Shown here: piece by piece, positions 48,180-60,199 of the stretch
How the letters are laid out: the number at the start of each line of letters is the position of its first letter
Numbering within the stretch: position 1 is the stretch's first letter
Source of the DNA: the human T2T-CHM13v2.0 reference genome, Homo sapiens
Assembly: GCF_009914755.1 (NCBI RefSeq)
Contig: NC_060942.1
Strand: one strand, 5' to 3'
Length of the DNA: 64,000 nt
Notes under the pieces: model-generated
The model's database searches: none
What the model was told of the DNA's origin: nothing
Seen by the model: only the letters and a program-made list of their open reading frames with translations
Program-made: the position numbers and the translations under genes

Positions 48180-49573
48180 CATTTATTTATTTTAGCATCC
48201 CTTCTTGTGCCTGGTTGTAAAGTTCTTCTTATCCCAGGAAACTTAATAGGTCAAAGAACCCTCCCCTTGAGGCAGTTTGGATGGGGCTGGCTGGGAATTG
48301 GTATGTCCAGCTGCCCATATCGTGGCCTCTGAGTCAATTATACAGGCATCTCGGCAACTTGAAGTTTTGAGTCCCAAAACAACAGATTCCATAGCATAAA
48401 CAGTGCAACGTAAATCCTGTCCCTTGTCCCTCTTCCATTGGATACCCTTGTTTATGTTCTCTCTGGCAACTGCCTGTAGCAGGGACGGATGCTGGAAATC
48501 CTGGCGGGGCCACGTCTTCTGTGCTTTGTAGGCAGCTATGGCTGGATGGTGCTTGCTGTTTCTGTGTGTAAATGTTGGGATTTTTAAAAGCCCTTCCCCG
48601 CTTAATGCGTTGTGGTTGAGCAGCACATTTAAATGCCTGAAGTGTAAGATGAAGTCTCTTGGATGTAGAGGGCAGTGGTGGTTTTTATTTTTCCTGGTTG
48701 AACTTGGCCTTTGGATTGCTGACTGCGAGCTCACGGTACTGTTAATGATTTTCTACCTACAGTCACCTGCTGTGCTGAGCACATCAAATACAGTGCGGTT
48801 AGTTCCAAGCTATGAAGCGCCTGTCACGCATGTATAACAGGCAGACCTCATTAGGAGGGGGCCTTGCATAGGGGTCACATTTTCCAGCATTTGTTTTCAA
48901 AATGGAAATCCAGATCACGCATTTGAGATTAAAATAAAAAAAGCGGCCTGTGCTTTATCATTTTCTTTAACTTACATGCCTGCTGGTCCAGCCCAGATTG
49001 CTGATAGAGGAAGCCCTGAGAAAGTTGCCCAGCCAGTTGCCCGTGCTTCAAGACACAAAGGGCTGACTGAGGCATCCGTGCCTACCCTTGGCTGCTGCTG
49101 CTCAGCCTGCTTGCATCTCGTCTGTTTTCAGTTATCAGTGGTGTGAGAAAAACACAACGGTGGATTCAGAAGGAGAAACCAAGTCATCTGCATTTGGCCT
49201 CAGTGTGTGGACTGTCCTGAAATTTGAGTACAGATGTGTTCATGTCCTGGGATTAGATAAAAAGAGAGGAAACACACAGTGAATTCTTATGGTCTGTCAT
49301 TTCAGTTGGCCATCTTCTGCCCCTCTGTTCTGGAAGCTTCTCCACTAAAATAGAGCACCCAACTTGGTTTTCTACTTGCTTTCTGGCCCATCTTGAGTTG
49401 GAGGAATCATGTGTTTCAGAACTCTTGCTGGTGGTGGGTGGGAGATCAACAAATGATTTCATTAAGCTGTGTGTTCTTAATAAACTTTGGGAAGATTTGT
49501 CGCAGAGAAACTCAGATAGGGACCTTGTGATCTCAGCAGTCATGGGTTTATCTTGTCCACACGCGTGGCTTCA

Positions 49574-51620
49574 TTGGGATTTGGTTGGTTGCGATCCAGC
49601 AGAACTGTGGCGGTGTTGGGCTCTGTTGGGGTTTGGTTGTGAGCGGAACTGTGGTGTTGGGCTCTGTTGGGGTTTGGTTGACTGTGATCTAGTGGAACTG
49701 TGGTGGTGTTGGGCTCTGTTGGGGTTTGGTTGACTGTGATCTAGTGGAACTGTGGCTGTGTTGGGCTCTGGAGTTTGGTTGTGATCTAGTGGAACTGTGG
49801 CGGTGTTGGGCTCTGTTGGGGTTTGGTTGACTGTGATCTAGTGGAACTGTGGCGGTGTTGGGCTCTGTTGGGGTTTGGTTGACTGTGATCTAGTTGAACT
49901 GTGGCTATGTTGGGCTCTGTTGGAATATGGCTGTGATCTAGTGGAACTGTGGCGGTGTTGGGCTCTGTTGGGGTTTGGTTGACTGTGATCTAGCGGAACT
50001 GTGGCTGTGTTGGGCTCTGTTGGAATTTGGCTGTGATCTAGCGGAACTGTGGCGGTGTTGGGCTCTGTTGGGGTTTGGTTGACTGTGATCTAGTGGAACT
50101 GTGGCTGTGTTGGGCTCTGGAGTTTGGTTGTGATCTAGTGGAACTGTGGCAGTGTTGGGCTCTGTTGGGGTTTGGTTGTGAGTGGAACTGTGGTGTCGGG
50201 CTCTGTTGGGGTTTGGTTGACTGTGATCTAGCGGAACTGTGGCTGTGTTGGGCTCTGTTGGGGTTTGGTTGACTGTGATCTAGCGGAACTGTGGCTGTGT
50301 TGGGCTCTGTTGGGGTTTGGTTGTGATCTAGCGGAACTGTGGCGGTGTTGGGCTCTGTTGGGGTTTGGTTGTGATCTAGCGGAACTGTGGCGGTGTTGGG
50401 CTCTGTTGGGGTTTGGTTGTGATCTAGCGGAACTGTGGCGGTGTTGGGCTCTGTTGGGGTTTGGTTGACTGTGATCTAGCAGAACTGTGGCGGTGTTGGG
50501 CTCTGTTGGGGTTTGGTTGACTGTGATCTAGCAGAACAGTGGCGGTGTTGGGCTCTGTTGGGGTTTGGCTGTGATCTAGTGGAACTGTGGCAGTGTTGGG
50601 CTCTGGATTTGGTTGGTTGTGATCTAGCGGAACTGTGGCAGTGTTGGGCTCTGGATTTGGTTGGTTGTGATCTAGCAGAACTGTGGTAGTGTTGGCCTTT
50701 GTTGGGATTTGGTTGGTTGTGATCTAGTGGAACTGTGGTGGTGTTGGGCTCTGTTGGGGTTTGGTTGTGATCTAGCGGAACTGTGGTGGTGTTGGGCTCT
50801 GTTGGGGTTTGGTTGTGATCTAGCAGAACTGTGGCGGTGTTGGGCTCTGTTGGGGTTTGGTTGACTGTGATCTAGCAGAACAGTGGCGGTGTTGGGCTCT
50901 GTTGGGGTTTGGCTGTGATCTAGTGGAACTGTGGCAGTGTTGGGCTCTGGATTTGGTTGGTTGTGATCTAGCGGAACTGTGGCAGTGTTGGGCTCTGGAT
51001 TTGGTTGGTTGTGATCTAGCGGAACTGTGGTAGTGTTGGCCTTTGTTGGGATTTGGTTGGTTGTGATCTAGCGGAACTGTGGTGGTGTTGGGCTCTGTTG
51101 GGGTTTGGTTGTGATCTAGTGGAACTGTGGCGGTGTTGGGCTCTGTGGGTTTGGTTGTGATCTAGCAGAACAGTGGCGGTTTTGGGCTCTGTTGGGATTT
51201 GCCTCTGATCTAGTAGAACTGTGGTGGTGTTGGGCTCTGTTGGGGTTTGGTTGTGATCTAGCGGAACTGTGGTGGTGTTGGGCTCTCTTGGGGTTTGGTT
51301 GTGATCTAGCAGAACTGTGGTGGTGTTGGGCTCTGTTGGGGTTTGGCTGTGATCTAGTGGAACTGTGGTGGTGTTGGGCTCTGTTGGGGTTTGGTTGTGA
51401 TCTAGCAGAACTGTGGCGGTTTTGGGCTCTGTTGGATTTGGTTGGTTGTGATCTAGCGGAACTGTGGCAGTGTTGGCCTTTGTTGGAATTTGGTTGGTTG
51501 TGATCTAGCTGAACTGTGATGGTGTTGAGCTCTGTTGGGGTTTGGTTGTGATCTAGTGGAACTGTGGCAGTGTTGGGCTCTGTTGGGGTTTGGTTGTGAT
51601 CTAGTTGAACTGTGGTGGTG
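49574..51620. repeat. Minisatellite/VNTR, about 42 copies of a 48-bp unit (52-bp and shorter variants)
   Basis: Consensus gtgatctagcggaactgtggcggtgttgggctctgttggggtttggtt(gact), head-to-tail with no unique spacers. Confidence 0.97.
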
Positions 51621-52379
51621 GATCCCAGGAGCTGCTGCTGCTTGTGCGCTTCAAAGTTGGATTTTGTGTTTTTTTGTGTGCAGATGCTTCTTGGAATCTT
51701 GCGTTGCTGTATGCCTGTATACCTGGAAAGTTGTGGGAAGAACAGTTTAGGATTTTGAACCAATTTTCTCAACAAGTTTGATTATTTCATTTGAGACATG
51801 TTCTGATGTAAATATATTCTGAAAAGGTGAGATCAAACATCCACTTTTTACTCTAAAGCAGGTCCCCTTGCTCCTCTCTGCTAGTGCATTCTCTTTCCTT
51901 TACAGCTCCTTCTCCTTTCTGAAGCAGGAATTAAGCTGAAGTAACTCAGAAAGTGCCAGCGTTAACCCCAGGGGACAGAAACCACAGACCCAGGGCTGAG
52001 GGATTGAGTTTTTAATTTCCATTATTCTCCATCAGTGCGTTCAGTCTTTTGAACTTACCCTGACTGGTATTATCACTTGAAAGTTGTTGTTATTGTTGTT
52101 TTGATGGTAGTGGTGGTGGTTTTTTGCCACCCACAGGAGAGAGGGGATTAGAAGAAAAAGACCAATGGAGTTTCCTTGGGATTAATTAAATGTGGGGCTG
52201 CCACACAGGAATGGGTCCAAGGGCTGCTGTATTTAAATAACTTACTTATTTTGCAGAGGTGAATTTAACCTAACATGTACTACAGTGATGGAGTAAACCT
52301 TTTCCTGTTTGGAATATCACAAAAGGTACTTCAATAATTGCGGATCTTCCTTTGAACCCTCCTATTGTCAGATGGGGTA

Positions 52380-52545
52380 GTGGTACAGTTCCTTGTTCCA
52401 GAATGCTCTTAGCAAGTTGATTAATCTGTCACATACCCCAGTTTCCTCATTCACAAGGTGGCATAATAATAGGACATAGAGTTGCCGTGAAGTTTAATGA
52501 GTTAATGAATGTATGATGCTTGGCAAATGGTAGGGGCTCAAGCCA
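52380..52545 (+). mobile_element. MIR (donor of the 125-bp duplication)
   Basis: cttagcaagttgattaatct...cccagtttcctcatt...ataataatagg. Confidence 0.72.
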
Positions 52546-53549
52546 ACCCTCGTTGTCTTACTGAGCTTAGTGGGCCTTGGACCTGCTGAGGACTTTGAAC
52601 TGAGCATTCCGTGTTATTCTCTTTTTTGTTTTTTTAAGGGGATGAGAGTGTGTGTGATAGAGTTCATGACAATATTTTGTTTAAGAAAATTGTCAAAACA
52701 AAGTTCAAATGCAATGGATGGAAAGTGATTTTTAACATGTAGGGTAACTAGAGATTTGAGATCAGACAAATCGATTAGGAGATCACCAAACCCAAACAGA
52801 GAATGTGAGTTAACTCATACTTAGGAGATGAATGCTGGCTTTGAAGACCATAGCGTGCATTTTCAAACCAGATGGAGAGGCCACTTTTCTCTGCAGATTT
52901 CAGTTATTCGTGATGTTAAATGACTCGTCTTCTCTTACTTGCCTGGCATGTGGAACTGAGTAAATTCTGTCAAAAGAACTCACTGAAGGAATGTGTAGCA
53001 GCTGGGAATTGGATGTCTTTTCAGATTTGGGAGAGCCTGTGTTTTGACTGTGATGGAATTCTTATGGTTTAATATGCTTAAATATTACTGTTTAACATTT
53101 TGACGTTTTTGAGGACAGGGATAATTAGGAGAATGCACTTATAAGTTTCTATGCCAACTGTTTCCACTGCTCCCCTGTTTACATGGTCCCAGGGTTTATA
53201 CAGGGCTCTCTGTAGCCCCACAATGAATCTTGCCCCAGTGAGCGGGCTCTCACCTCCCTTCTATAGATGAGGTTGGAGCTCAGAAGAACGTAGAGAAACT
53301 TGTGCATAGTTATTATGCCAGATTTAGCAGCTGGAACAGGACTGGAACCTAAATCTTTTTTCTTTAGATAATATGTTCTTTGCATTAATGAGTTTGTGGG
53401 TTTTTTGGGAGGCGAGAAATATGTGTAAATAAGAAGTAAAAATCCTAAATTGCAAGTTGATTTTTTTTCTTAATATAGTAATACGTATAATGCAGCAAAC
53501 ATATCATTTCCCCTCCATGCTTGCTAGACTGGCTTATGCACACATCATG

Positions 53550-53845
53550 ATGATAATGAAGGAGCTAACATAGCAAGCACTCACTCTGTGCTCATTCATA
53601 AGGTGGCATAATAATAGGACACAGAGTTGCCATGAAGTTTAGTGAGTTAATGAATGTATGGGGCTTGGCAAATGGTAGATGCTCAAGCCAGTCCTAGTTG
53701 CCTTTCTGAGCTTAGGAATCATGGAATCATGCTCTAAAAACTTCATGAGTATGAGCTCGCTTCATCCTCATAACAACTCTAGGAGATAGACGTTACTTTA
53801 TGTCCATTGTAGGGATGAGAGTGTGAGGTATGAAAGGAAGTGAGC
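53550..53845 (-). mobile_element. MIR interrupted by a copy of 52446-52570
   Basis: agctaacatagcaagcactcactctgtg | ...catcctcataacaactctagg...tccattgtagggatgag. Confidence 0.72.
53591..53715 (+). repeat. Local direct copy of 52446-52570
   Basis: 125 bp colinear match ctcattca.aaggtggcataataatagga...ctgagcttag, offset 1145. Confidence 0.93.
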
Positions 53846-53856
53846 TTAATATTCTT

Positions 53857-54165
53857 TATTTTTATTTTTTATTTTTATTTTTTGAGATGGAGTCTTGTTC
53901 ACTGGCCCAGGCTGGAGTGCAGAGGCATGATCCTGGCTCACCGCAACCTCCATCTCCTGGGTTTAAGTGATTCTCCTGCCTCAGCCTCTTGAGTAGCTGG
54001 GACTACAGGCGCGTGCCACAATGCCCAGCTATTTTTTGTATTTTTAGTAGAGACGGGGTTTCACCATGTTGGCCAGGCTGGTCTCAAACTCCTGGCCTCA
54101 GGTGATCCATCCGCCTCGGGCTCCCAAAGTGCTGGCATTACAGGCATGAGCTACCGCACCTGGCC
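53857..54165 (-). mobile_element. AluS
   Basis: TSD taatattctt at 53847-53856 and 54166-54175. Confidence 0.96.
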
Positions 54166-54289
54166 TAATATTCTTAATTTGGCTGTCGGTTGTCACCCAA
54201 ATCAGTTAAAGCAATTCCATTTCTTAAGTGAAAATCAGAATTTCTTTTCTTTTTTCCCCTTCTATTTTTTCTTTTAATCTTTTTTCTTT

Positions 54290-54519
54290 TGTCTTCAAGC
54301 AATTTTCATTTTTTTTTTTTTTTTGATATTCAGGGAACCTGAGGCGAATGAAGGGGAGGAACCTGGGAGCTACTGACTGTGATTACAGTGGATATTCACA
54401 AAGGAAGACCTTTAGTACAGTGTGAAGTAGTGAGGGAAAGGGTGATGGAGTAGGAGGGATTTAAGTAAAACCTTTCAGGTTTAAGGTCAATGGAAAGCGA
54501 AGGAACATTCTAGAAGGAC
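54290..54519 (+). repeat. Local direct duplication, copy 1 (pairs with 56004-56221)
   Basis: Shared ggagctactgactgtga.tacagtggatattcacaaa and gatttaagtaaaac...caggtttaaggtcaa. Confidence 0.92.
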
Positions 54520-54634
54520 ATTAGATTTTCCTTAGAGTGACATTAGAGTTTCTATAATTGGACTATACCCTTTAGTGCCTCAAATCAAGGGTTTCACATT
54601 TTCTTTTTTTTTTTGGAATTGCCTGCTCATGTAT

Positions 54635-54787
54635 TTCCATCTCCTTAAAGGCAAGGGCTGGCCGCCTTATTTGGCTGATACTAGCCTCCATGGCATCAGC
54701 CTGTCCAGTGGAAGTCCTGAAACAGTACACGATGAATGGATAAATGAATGAATGAATGAATGAAATGAATGAGGGAAGAAATGAATA
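54635..54787 (+). mobile_element. L2 3' end with (GAAT)n tail
   Basis: tccttaaaggcaagggct...gaatgaatgaatgaatgaa. Confidence 0.6.
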
Positions 54788-56003
54788 TTGTGCTTCCAGA
54801 ACGAGGAGAGAAGGGACGATGATGTGGCAAATTGGCCCAGCATCTTAAGATCTGTATTGACTTTAGCCTCATGTGGTAGTTTAATGATACTCTCTCTTAC
54901 TCAGGGAATGTGCCTTTTAAGCTGTGGTCTGTGGTCAATGTGTGTGCACATCTCTGAGAGTCCCGGCTGTGTTGTGTTTGTGATGGCTCCCATATGTGGT
55001 TTGCCTTTGTATCTGATTGTAAATTAACCTTGACATGTAGGTCACCTGACCGTGTATGGAGAGAGAAAAATCACTTTCTTCTTCTCTACAAGCTATGTGA
55101 GTGCAGACTGAAGTTCCGAGTTGTGATCTCAAGCAGTCTGCAGAAACTAACCTTTGGCATACTTGGCCACAGCCGACTTCTTTCTAGTAAATTCCCACTG
55201 GTTCTTGGCTTTTCTTGTAGAATTAACACATTTGCAAAGTTTTCTTCATTGGTATTCCTGGTACGTGGACTGGAATATTCTTCATCCCTTGATTTGTGGG
55301 ATCGTTTTGTCTTTGGGCCACACTTGTCATGGGAGGAAAGTCACAGCTAGACTGGGTATGGAAAGAATGGAAGTGTGTCTCCTGCAGGGAGAGCCCAGGT
55401 TATTGAGACAGTCTTGGCCCGTGTTTCTTGAAGAAGACGTTGGGTTTTGTTTTGCTCATTGATGGCCATACCCCTTGTGTGGTTGGCCAGGAAGCTGAAC
55501 GCTTGCTCCCCCTTGTGGCTAAATACAGGTGGTTCTGCTGGCAAACCCAGTGGTCAATTACTGCATCTACTAAGGATTAAGAAGATTATAAATGTAAACT
55601 CAGCTTGAAACTTTTTGTGGCTTAGAGGTAAAGCAAGAAAATAATTAAGATAACAACTCACATGCTGAGGGTGTTTCATGTGTTATTATTGTGGATGTTA
55701 ATAACAATTTTGGCTCTCTGTGGGAAGCCATTTCCTTCACTTAATCAGTTGGCAAAGAAAGTACATCAGGGAAGATTGTTCACCCTGAGCCGAGAAAGTG
55801 GAGTTTCAAGTAAGAACCCTGCTCCGCATCCTGCCACTGAGTTGAGATCATCTATTTGATTTAGCTACTGATAAAGTGTTTTTAATTACAAATTGTCTGC
55901 TTGCTTGGGGACTGACACAAACACTTGTTTTGTTTTCAAAGTGCCTTCTCTCCCCAGTGTTGGGTTTGGAGTAGAGCAAGAGTAACACAGAGGTTGCAGT
56001 CAG

Positions 56004-56221
56004 TGTCTTCCAGCGATTTTCATTTTGTTTGATATGCGGGGAACCTGATGCTGATGAAAGGGAGGAACCCAGGAGCTACTGACTGTGACTACAGTGGATA
56101 TTCACAAAAGAAGGACCTCAGTACAGTTCCAAGTAGTGAGAGGTTGATGGATTAGGACAGATTTAAGTAAAACTTAACAGGTTTAAGGTCAAAGAAAAGT
56201 GAAGCAACATTCCAGAAGGAC
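56004..56221 (+). repeat. Local direct duplication, copy 2 (pairs with 54290-54519)
   Basis: Colinear diverged match with small indels. Confidence 0.92.
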
Positions 56222-57849
56222 CCAGAAAAGCCGAGCAAGTCAGGCACTGAGATCTTGGGATTGAGAGGAGTTGCTGGTTCAGACCCAGCACTGTTCTGGA
56301 ACTTTCTTTTGGGTACTCTTTTTTTGTTTCATCGATTCCTTTAAAAGGTACAATCCAGAACTGAACATGTCATTCCACAAGTGGCCCAACCAGTGTTGTA
56401 TACACTGACTGGACAGGTTTTGCCACTAAAATGGAATAATAGTCTGGTTTTCCTAATTCCAGGAAAGGAAAATCAAGGAATAGATACATTTTTTAAAAAA
56501 GCATTTAAAGAATTTCTCCTGTAGACATTATCTTAAACTTTTGGTCCCTGCCATTGTATGTGTATCTTGAATCCAAGGGTAATACGATACGCAGTCTGGC
56601 AAAAGCAGTCATTTTAAATGATTGAGCAATATTTAGTGACTTTCAAAGAGCAGAGAGCACAACTTGGCTACCATAGAAGCTCCACCATGATGGGCGCAGG
56701 GTTTCCTCTAGGCTGGAAGTTGTGTTCTGGTTATCTTGTGAGAGAAATGCATCCTGTGTGATTTATGTGGATTCATTTATTCTTAGAGGAAATCAGACAA
56801 AAACCATATTGTAAGGCCCAACCCATCTAAAAAGACAATAGAAATGAGTTCTGTGTGTTTTTCAGCAGGGCCTCATGGGCACCACTCGTAAGTCCAGAAT
56901 CTCTTCCAAGAACAGGAAGTTTCTGGAGGGCAGTGGAGAAGGGGAGTGAGGGCTCAGCTCTGTGAGGTCGAGGTGGGTGTGAGGACCAGCACCAGTGGGG
57001 AGTGGGTTTATTAGCTGGGAAAGGCCATAAGGATGAGGAAGAGAAGCTTGTGTTTGAGAGGATAACAGGGAGGAAAAGTCGCCGAGCCCAGAGTGTGTAT
57101 TCACTGCCTGTCCTTTGGAGGCAGCCGCTTCCACCTCTTTTGACTGATTCTTCCAACTCGTATCCTCCAGTCTCCAAAACATGATTGTGGTGCAGCTGCT
57201 TGAATTTTCAAACTTGATTTCCATTTTAGAAGTTAAGGATTTGGTTTTTTTTCCAACCACATACCCTGTCGCTACCACATCAAATACAGGTCTCTCATAC
57301 TGTTGGTCAGCTCCGTTTTCCGTGTTGACCTCTGATACTCTGTAAACACTCTTGACACGTAAGCTGGGTGGTTTATATACCACCATTACTTTTCCTGCCC
57401 AGCTTTGTCTTTTTCTTCCTTGTATTTTATTTGTAAAGATTCCCCAGCTCGTCCCCAGTTGTGTCAGCCTCTTTTCAGTGTGCTCAGACCCATTAGGTAT
57501 AAGGCCTATCCATGTTCCTGAGGAAGTCTGGCCCAGAGCCGTCCAGGTGGTCTGACCTGGGCAGGGCCCCGGGTCTGCCATCACCCAGCCCATGCTCTCC
57601 TGCCGCCCCACTGAAGACTTCCTTCACCTCTCTTGGACGTTAGGGTTTCTCTTTGATGGCTCCTCTCTTTTTCTGGGTTTCTGATATTTTCTGGTTGAGT
57701 GGTGCTACTTTCTTCTAACCTATTTTTATTTCATTAAATAAATAGGATTCACTAAATGGATTTCATACCCATGGGTTGTATGATTTGCACTTTGAAAGGC
57801 ACTGGGCTAGATGACCACTTTGAGTGATGCTGAGGCATTGCTGGGTGAC

Positions 57850-57943
57850 TTCCTTCTTTCCTTCTTCCCTCCCCTCCTCCTCTTCCCTCCCCTTCTCCTC
57901 TTCCCTCCCCTCCTCCTCTTTCCTCCCCTCCTCCTCTTTCCTC
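57850..57943. repeat. Pure pyrimidine tract, about 4 copies of an 18-bp unit ttccctcccctcctcctc
   Basis: Seen directly. Confidence 0.9.
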
Positions 57944-58093
57944 ATGAAGCATGTGCACAGGTGCATCCCTGATGCTTTGATCAGGTATGGCCTGAAAGAC
58001 AAGCCATTTTAGTTAGTTTTTGGATACATTACGAAGTAATGTGGGAAGTAAGCATCTTCACCTGTCCCTCTTCCCTCCTTGGCTGAGGGACAG

Positions 58094-58457
58094 TGTCCTA
58101 GTCAGTTCCATGTGCTGTGACAGAGTACCATAGGCTGGGTGGCTTAAACAAAAAACACTTAATGCTCACAGTTTTGGAGGCTGGGAAGTCCATGATCAAA
58201 GTACTGGCATATCTGGTCTGGTGGGGACCTGCTTCCTGGTCTGCAGATGGCCGTCACCTTGTTATATCCTTACATGATGAGAGAGAGAGAAAGCAAGCTC
58301 TGTTGTGCCTTTTATAAGAGCACTAATTTCATTCACAAGGGCGCCATCCTCATGACCTGATCACCTCGTAAAGGCTCCACCTTCCAATACCGCCATCTTG
58401 GGGATTAGGATTTCAACACATGAATTTTAGGGGGACGCAAACATTCAGTCCCTGACA
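58094..58457 (-). mobile_element. MaLR solo LTR (MLT1A-like)
   Basis: taccataggctgggtggcttaaac...ttataagagcactaat...ggggacgcaaacattcagtcc. Confidence 0.9.
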
Positions 58458-59399
58458 GGGTTAGGCACTGTGTGGCTGGCAATCACCAGGATGCCTGGAG
58501 CCCTGCCGGGACCACGCTGGCTCATTTCAGCCACCCTGGATGAATCATCCAGCCTAAGGCCCATGCCTGGACATTCTGGGTCCTCAGTGCCTTGCCTTTA
58601 TTTTACCTGATATAATCCTTCAAACGAAAATGCTCGTACTTATTTTTGATCACTTAATATACTTGGCCATTTAACAATACAGATTAAACTTGTGTTATTC
58701 TGTTAGAAAACTGAGAGATTGTTTTCTGTAGTCTTTGACTGCATGCATAGTCTAGGGCTGGACTGGGGAGGAGAGGATAATTTGGCCACAATAGGATTCC
58801 TTATTATCTGTCTCTTCCCTCCCGACCCCTCCCCCGACCCCCGCCCCATACAGGAGACCCTTAGATACATTTCTGTCAGTACCCTCAGTTACATATTTTG
58901 GGAGACGTAATACTTAATGAACCAAAACTCTGTTTTGCTGGCAGGGAAAAAAATTGGGCTGATACAATCAAGATAATCCTATCAACTTTAGGATTATTAG
59001 GAATGTTGATAATCCTATCAACATTCTATCAACTCTGTAATCAGAAAAATATATTTAAAATAATGCGTGTTTGTTAAAAATAACCAAACAAAATACAGAA
59101 AAAAGCAAAGTAAAAATTGACAATCCCCTAACTCCAGTGTTGGTAGTTAGGGACAGAAGAAGGGTGGAGGATGTCTTTTGTCTGTGTTACATGATTACAG
59201 CAAAAGTCACTCTTCATTCTGGTAGAGCCATAGAAATCTGGCCGAGCAGAGGCAGCTGTGCCTGAGGAGCCTGACTTCGAATCAGCTGTGTTCATCTTTG
59301 CTAACCTCCCAAAGGGAGGAAGCTCAGGAAACCACCGTAGAACCCCCTAAAAGGGGTGGGTGGCTACAGCTGAGCAGGTGGGGGCAGGCAGGAGTGGAG

Positions 59400-59640
59400 A
59401 GAGGCGAGGATGATGAGTCAGGCAGGTGAGATGGAGGCTTTGTAGGTTATGTTAAGGCTCCTAGACTTAGCATTTCAAGCAGGGATGTGACCTGATCAGA
59501 TTTATATTTTGCTTGCATTGCTGATGGACATTGGTTCAGTGCTCATTGTACTGGAAGGGTCAAGAATAGAGGCAGGGACCCAAATTTAGGGGGCTTCCCA
59601 GGGAATCCAGGGGAGAGGTGTTGTGGCCTGGACTAGATTT
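59400..59640 (-). mobile_element. L2 fragment
   Basis: ttcaagcagggatgtgacctgatcagatttatatttt...gtggcctggactag. Confidence 0.68.
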
Positions 59641-59861
59641 GGAACATCCAGAAGGGGACTGGAGCAATGACATACCTATACCTAGTCCCAGAGGGCCCCG
59701 ATCTAGCTAAGGACAGAGCGTGCAGTCTTGCAGCTGCTGGGCTGATGACATGCTGGGGAGTGTATACCTGGGAAATTCTGGTACAGAGATAAAGGAAATG
59801 CTCAAGCCTCCACCTATGAATTTGCCCGGTGATTAAAATCATACTTCCTAAGCTTTATAGA

Positions 59862-60199
59862 AGCCCTCTGTTTGTCCCACAAAGGGCCACTAGCACAAGG
59901 AAATACATAATGTGTTCCCTTGTCATTTTATAAAAATGTAGACTGGTGCTGCCTGCTGTGAAAATGCCAGTCAGGTTGCTTCCTTCATAGTAATCAGTGG
60001 ATTCTTTTGTCCATTTCTGAGTGGAGGATTAGCCCTCTGTTTGCCCCACAAAGGGCCACCAGCACGAGGAAATACATAGTGTGTCCCCTTGTCATTTTAT
60101 AAAAATGTAGACTGGTGCTGCCTGCTGTGAAAATGCCAATCAGGTTGCTTCCTTTATAGTAATGAGTGGATTCTTTTGTCCATTTCTGAGTGGAGGATT
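59862..60199 (+). repeat. Tandem duplication, 2 x 169 bp
   Basis: 59862-60030 and 60031-60199 abut exactly, with few substitutions. Confidence 0.96.

Noticed and set aside
49574-51620. CRISPR-like array or repeat protein (ORFs 51116-51775 minus, 51192-51503 plus, CDLAELWWCWALLGFG repeats)
   Set aside because: Units abut with no unique spacers and there are no cas genes; open frames follow from the 48-bp unit and are broken by 52-bp variants
57230-57358. Possible 129-nt exon (ttttag...gtaagc)
   Set aside because: Weak pyrimidine tract, a stop in the frame examined and no recognisable peptide; no support beyond the dinucleotides
56862-57611. Longest ORF (249 aa, minus strand)
   Set aside because: Non-ATG start, no recognisable domain, opposite to the inferred host strand; plausible by chance in 64 kb
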